Shown one piece after another: positions 40,982-45,011 of a stretch of DNA of 45,011 nucleotides. Where the stretch lies: the NCBI RefSeq assembly GCF_000143415.4, contig NW_003314474.1, forward strand, positions 1 through 45,011, in the 5' to 3' direction. The DNA comes from Selaginella moellendorffii (lineage: Eukaryota; Plantae; Lycopodiophyta). The notes below the pieces were generated by a model. The model made no database searches. It was not told the DNA's origin and worked only from the letters and a program-made list of their open reading frames with translations. The translations under genes were made by a program, and so were the position numbers. The stretch's first letter is position 1. Each line of letters begins with the position of its first letter.

Positions 40982-43185
40982 CTATGCCTCCTGACAGTCC
41001 CGTTCGATGCGCTAAAACACAAACACAACGATATAAGTTATGTTTTAAGAAACATGCGCAGCAAAAACCTGCAACAGATAGCCGTGAAGCCAGTCGAGAG
41101 TTTGAGGAAATGTTGTCGCTGAGATTGGAACAACTCCCACGCCCTGAAAAGAGGGATCAAGGTTGGTCAAACCTAGAATGACGATTGATAAACTTTACCT
41201 GGGACTCGAATGAAGTAAGATAATCTTGTATGGTTCGCAGTTTAACAATAAGCGCTGCTTCTTCCTCCTGAAAGCGCAATTGTCACAACTTTCTATTCCC
41301 AATATTAACATGAACAGCCAACCTCGGTGATGGAACTCTCGGAACGAGACGCGATCCATTCTTCCAGTAACATCTGATAATCAAAGCCGGCCTCAGATTT
41401 TGCAGCGTCACAAAAGGAAAACCCGTACCTGATGATCAATATCTGCCATGCTAAGAACTATTGGCACAATAATCGCCTTGGGCTTGGCAGCGCTTCCGTT
41501 TTCATGCTCATTGAGTTGCTGTTTTCCGTCTACAGCACATAAGACAGGTAAGCGCGTGTAAATCAACTTGAGGTCTACAAGTTCTCACCACACTGAGCAG
41601 GTGACTTCTCAGAATCTCCGTCCTCAGCTTTGTTTACTGGACTTGCTCTCCCATTCTCCTCCATGAGATATATACTTGGATCTAAGTGAATGCCCTGAGA
41701 TAGCAGAATTGCGATCAACAAGTACCGAGCAGCAGTCACTGCTTACCTCAATAATGACAGGTTTTCCATCCTTCATTGCTTTAGTCAAGTCCCCGTCTAG
41801 ACCTGAAGGAGCATTTTAGGAAGACAGAAAACATGAGCAGAAAAACATTTCCACCTTTACGAACAATTCGGCACTCCCGGCAAAATTCCGTGATAAGTTC
41901 TTCTTTTGTTTCAAACTGCCTCTCCCATATCGGCGTTGAGGTCAGCGGCGCCCTTGCAAAAATAGAGAACAAGAAAATTATTTTCATGCAGACAAGTATT
42001 CTGAAATTACTCTGTTGAGCTCCGAAGTAGCTCATAAACCATGTCAGTCTGCGAAGCCAAGTGAAGACGAACAACTAAAACTCTTAAGGACAAATAGCTT
42101 GCCTGAAGCACATTCGGAAGATTCAACCGTTGGGCTAGCTGAGTTGCAATTGTCGATTTTCCTACACATGCAGTCCCGCAAACGAGAATAATAAGAGGAA
42201 TCCTTTGATGATGAAACCTGAAGCACAAAGACGTTAGTTACTAGGACCCAATGCAAGTAAAAACTATCACCTTGTCATCATCTTGTAACGATTAATGTAA
42301 TCTGTCCCATATCCCCGTCTCTCCATCAACTATTGCATTGTTCACAGCACCATGTAGATTAAACAACAAAACCGCAATAAAATAAGTATCATTTAACAGC
42401 AAAAGAAGAATCGGGAAACAGGAAAAACGCAAGCGTGTCACTTACCTTGAAAACATTTGCCTCTAGATCAGTCTGTGAGCTGCCAAGTCAAAAGAAAAAC
42501 GTTAAGTGCGATTCCACATCCAAAAGAGAGAAGAGTCGCGTACACATCCAGCAAGCTATTATCAACCAGCAGTTTTTTCAGCTCGAGGGCAATTTTAATG
42601 GCAACATGATGTGGAATCTGTTCAACACGGTTTGCCACGATAGTTAGAAAAAGAGAAATCTATGGCTTACCTTCGTCACAGTAAGCATGCGGCTGAGTAG
42701 AAATCGCGAGAAAACGTAGTAGTGATCCGAGTTCTCACCCAGCCAAACTCGCACCTGGTAAGCGTGAGAAAAAGAAAATCCAAAGGCGAGATGCTTGAAA
42801 GAAACTCCAAGCCAATACATGCAGCGCTCTAGAACACTAAATCACTCCAAATCTCAAAGAGAAACGCCCAGAGACCTCCAATGCAAGTGATTCTGGCAAG
42901 AAAATCCGAGGCAAGTCAACAAGCAGGCAAGAATTCGCAGCAAAGCGCGCGAGCTGCCGCAATGCCGATCACGAGAGGGATTCTTGAGACCTAGATCGTG
43001 CGCAAGCGTGAAATATTTCCCGGTACCTTGACGAAATCGTACTTGGATGTGGCGTGGCGCGGCGGCCGCGATCCATCCGCGGGAGGAAGCGGTGCCGCCG
43101 CTGCCTTGTCCTTGGATGATCCACCGCCGCCGCCATCGCTGCTCTCGATCTCTTGCTGCTGTCCGCCATGAAGAAAACACACCAC
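40982..43185 (-). CDS. P-loop NTPase (2-phosphoglycerate-kinase-related plant family), ~13 exons; start codon unresolved
   Basis: SKYDFVK|VRVWLGENSDHYYVFSRFLLSRMLTVTK, Walker A VCGTACVGKST, NVLQ|TDMVYELLR, KDGKPVIIE|GIHLDP, FPQTLDWLHGYLLQ. Last exon RIERDCQEA* ends at 40982. Confidence 0.85.
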
Positions 43186-43275
43186 CTGGCAGTTCTTTGA
43201 TTAAATAATCGGCCCAAGCTCGATTCCCATCACTCCTCCTCTGTTTTTTAGGGTTTATATTTCCAGGGCTAAGCT

Positions 43276-44840
43276 ATGGCCTTGGCGGTGGAGTGCTTCG
43301 TGGCGCCACAGCTCCACAAGACACCGAGGTAAGATCGATCAATCGCTGGATAGAAGAGGACGAATTTTCCATGCAGGGCGTTGTGCTTCCACTCTAGGAT
43401 GCCGCATTTTAGGATTTCATGCAAGAAGAGGCCTGTGGTTTTGGCAATGGCATTTGGAGCCTCGCAACCCGGCGATCCATTTGTAGAGACCTTAGCAGCA
43501 GCTGCTAGAACTCCACTTGGCGAAGCGCAGCTCCAGGAATCCAGGGACGAGAAAAGAGATGAAGCTTCCCCGCCCTTGCTAGACATTGTGAGCAACATGG
43601 TTACTCCAGGCAGTGTCCGGAACTTCAGTGATCCAGTTTTGATGGCCGCTCCAGCTCACGTAAGTTTCTACTTTGCTCGCTCCAAACTTTCTTCTAATCT
43701 TTTTTTTTTCATCTCTCTTTTTTTTCTCATCAGGTCGAAACATCATACAATGAACACAGGCCTCGCAAGCCTCCTCCGGATTTGCCTTCGCTGCTACTAA
43801 ACAGTCGAATCGTCTACGTTGGCATGCCAGTATGTGCCTTCAATTTTTGTTCGCGAAGTATTGTTCTTAATGTTTGTGATTTCTTTGCTAGCTTGTACCA
43901 GCGGTGACGGAACTTGTAATAGCAGAGCTTCTATACTTGCAATATTCAGATCCGACACTTCCAATTTACATGTACATAAACTCAACAGGAACTTCCAGGG
44001 CGGATGGTGAGACGGTACGTTGTGCTTTAAATGGTGAGAAACAAGCGTTTCCTTATCGTGTTCTTCAGGTTGGGATGGAAACCGAGGGCTTTGCCATTCA
44101 TGACACCATGCAGCTAGTGAAAAACGAGGTAATTTAATTCAAAAGCCTTTTTTTCTTCCTTCCTTAATGAGAGGTGTCTTGCATTTTCTTTGTAGATTCA
44201 TACAGTTGGCGTCGGTGCCGCAATTGGTCAAGCGTGCTTGCTTCTTGCAGCGGGAACAAAGGGAAAGCGTTACATGCTTCCTCATGCCACAGGTGTTTTC
44301 CCATTACGATCGATCTTTAATTTTGACAATCGTGTTCTTCAGCCATGATCCAGCAGCCTCGTATGCCCTCAATGGGACAAATGCCTGCGATTGACTTGCA
44401 CTTAAGAGCCAAGGAGGTTTGTTCGTCCATCTTATCTTAGGAAGAAGAGTTAACCTCTACGTCTTTTTCCTTCCTTTAGGTGATTCATAACAGGGATACA
44501 CTTGTGGAGCTACTGGCTGAACACACTGGAAACGTAAGCTTTGGTTTTTTCTCTTCGTTTTTGTTGTGACTTAAGTTTGCTACAGCCCGTAGAGAAGGTT
44601 GCAAAGGTGATGCGAAGACCTTACTACATGAGTCCTAAGAAGGCCATGGATTTTGGCGTCGTGGACAAGGTAGACAAATTCTCACAGACAACTAAAGCTT
44701 GACACTCTTCATAGATACTCTGGAGAGGACAAGAGGCCATGGGAGAGACGCTCTCCCCCGAGCAATGGGACAAGCGAGCAGGAATTCGTGCAGTGGAGCG
44801 TCCCATGACTTACGGTGCTGGAACAAGCGGTCTCGGTTAG
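43276..44840 (+). CDS. CLPR3: Plastid Clp protease non-catalytic subunit ClpR3-like, multi-exon
   Basis: YNEHRPRKPPPDLPSLLLNSRIVYVGMP|LVPAVTELVIAEL, YINSTGT..DGETVGMETEGFAI, AAIGQACLLLAAG (catalytic Ser absent), MRRPYYM, ILWRGQE. N-terminal transit-peptide-like extension. Confidence 0.92.
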
Positions 44841-45011
44841 TCCCTCGAGAAATAAATTGGGTTGTGTGTACACTTTACAGTTTAATCGGCAAAAAAGAAA
44901 AGAAAAAGTATACAAAGTGGACGATCTATCAGGGCGGTGGGTCTTGTACGGCCGGTGGAAGGCCTCATAACATATCAACAGCGCTTGTTCGTTCTATGAT
45001 TGCGGCCAACC

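Overview
Eukaryotic plant nuclear DNA, most likely a lycophyte (Selaginella-like). This is inferred from the ~40-80-nt introns, very short intergenic spaces and intronless 31-aa-repeat PPR genes. Roughly 1-19,000 is an AT-rich, CpG/CHG-depleted graveyard of nested LTR-retrotransposon relics: a PPT plus LTR, Ty3/gypsy chromovirus integrase/chromodomain and RT relics, a solo LTR with TSD, and three copies of another LTR end. Roughly 19,380-44,840 is a very dense gene island. In order it holds phosphopantetheine adenylyltransferase, a germin-like protein, an RNase H1-like gene with two tandem catalytic domains, three PLS/E-class PPR genes, the fluoride exporter FEX, TFIIIA, an ASHH3-like SET+Tudor methyltransferase, a PPR with one nonsense codon, a P-class PPR, a P-loop NTPase and ClpR3. 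The most striking signal is a structured 5S-rRNA mimic inside an unusually long TFIIIA intron. It is accompanied by a second exact 5S box-C copy and splice sites that would create premature stops, i.e. a candidate autoregulatory splicing switch in a different intron from the angiosperm P5SM. Exon boundaries were read by eye and are approximate.
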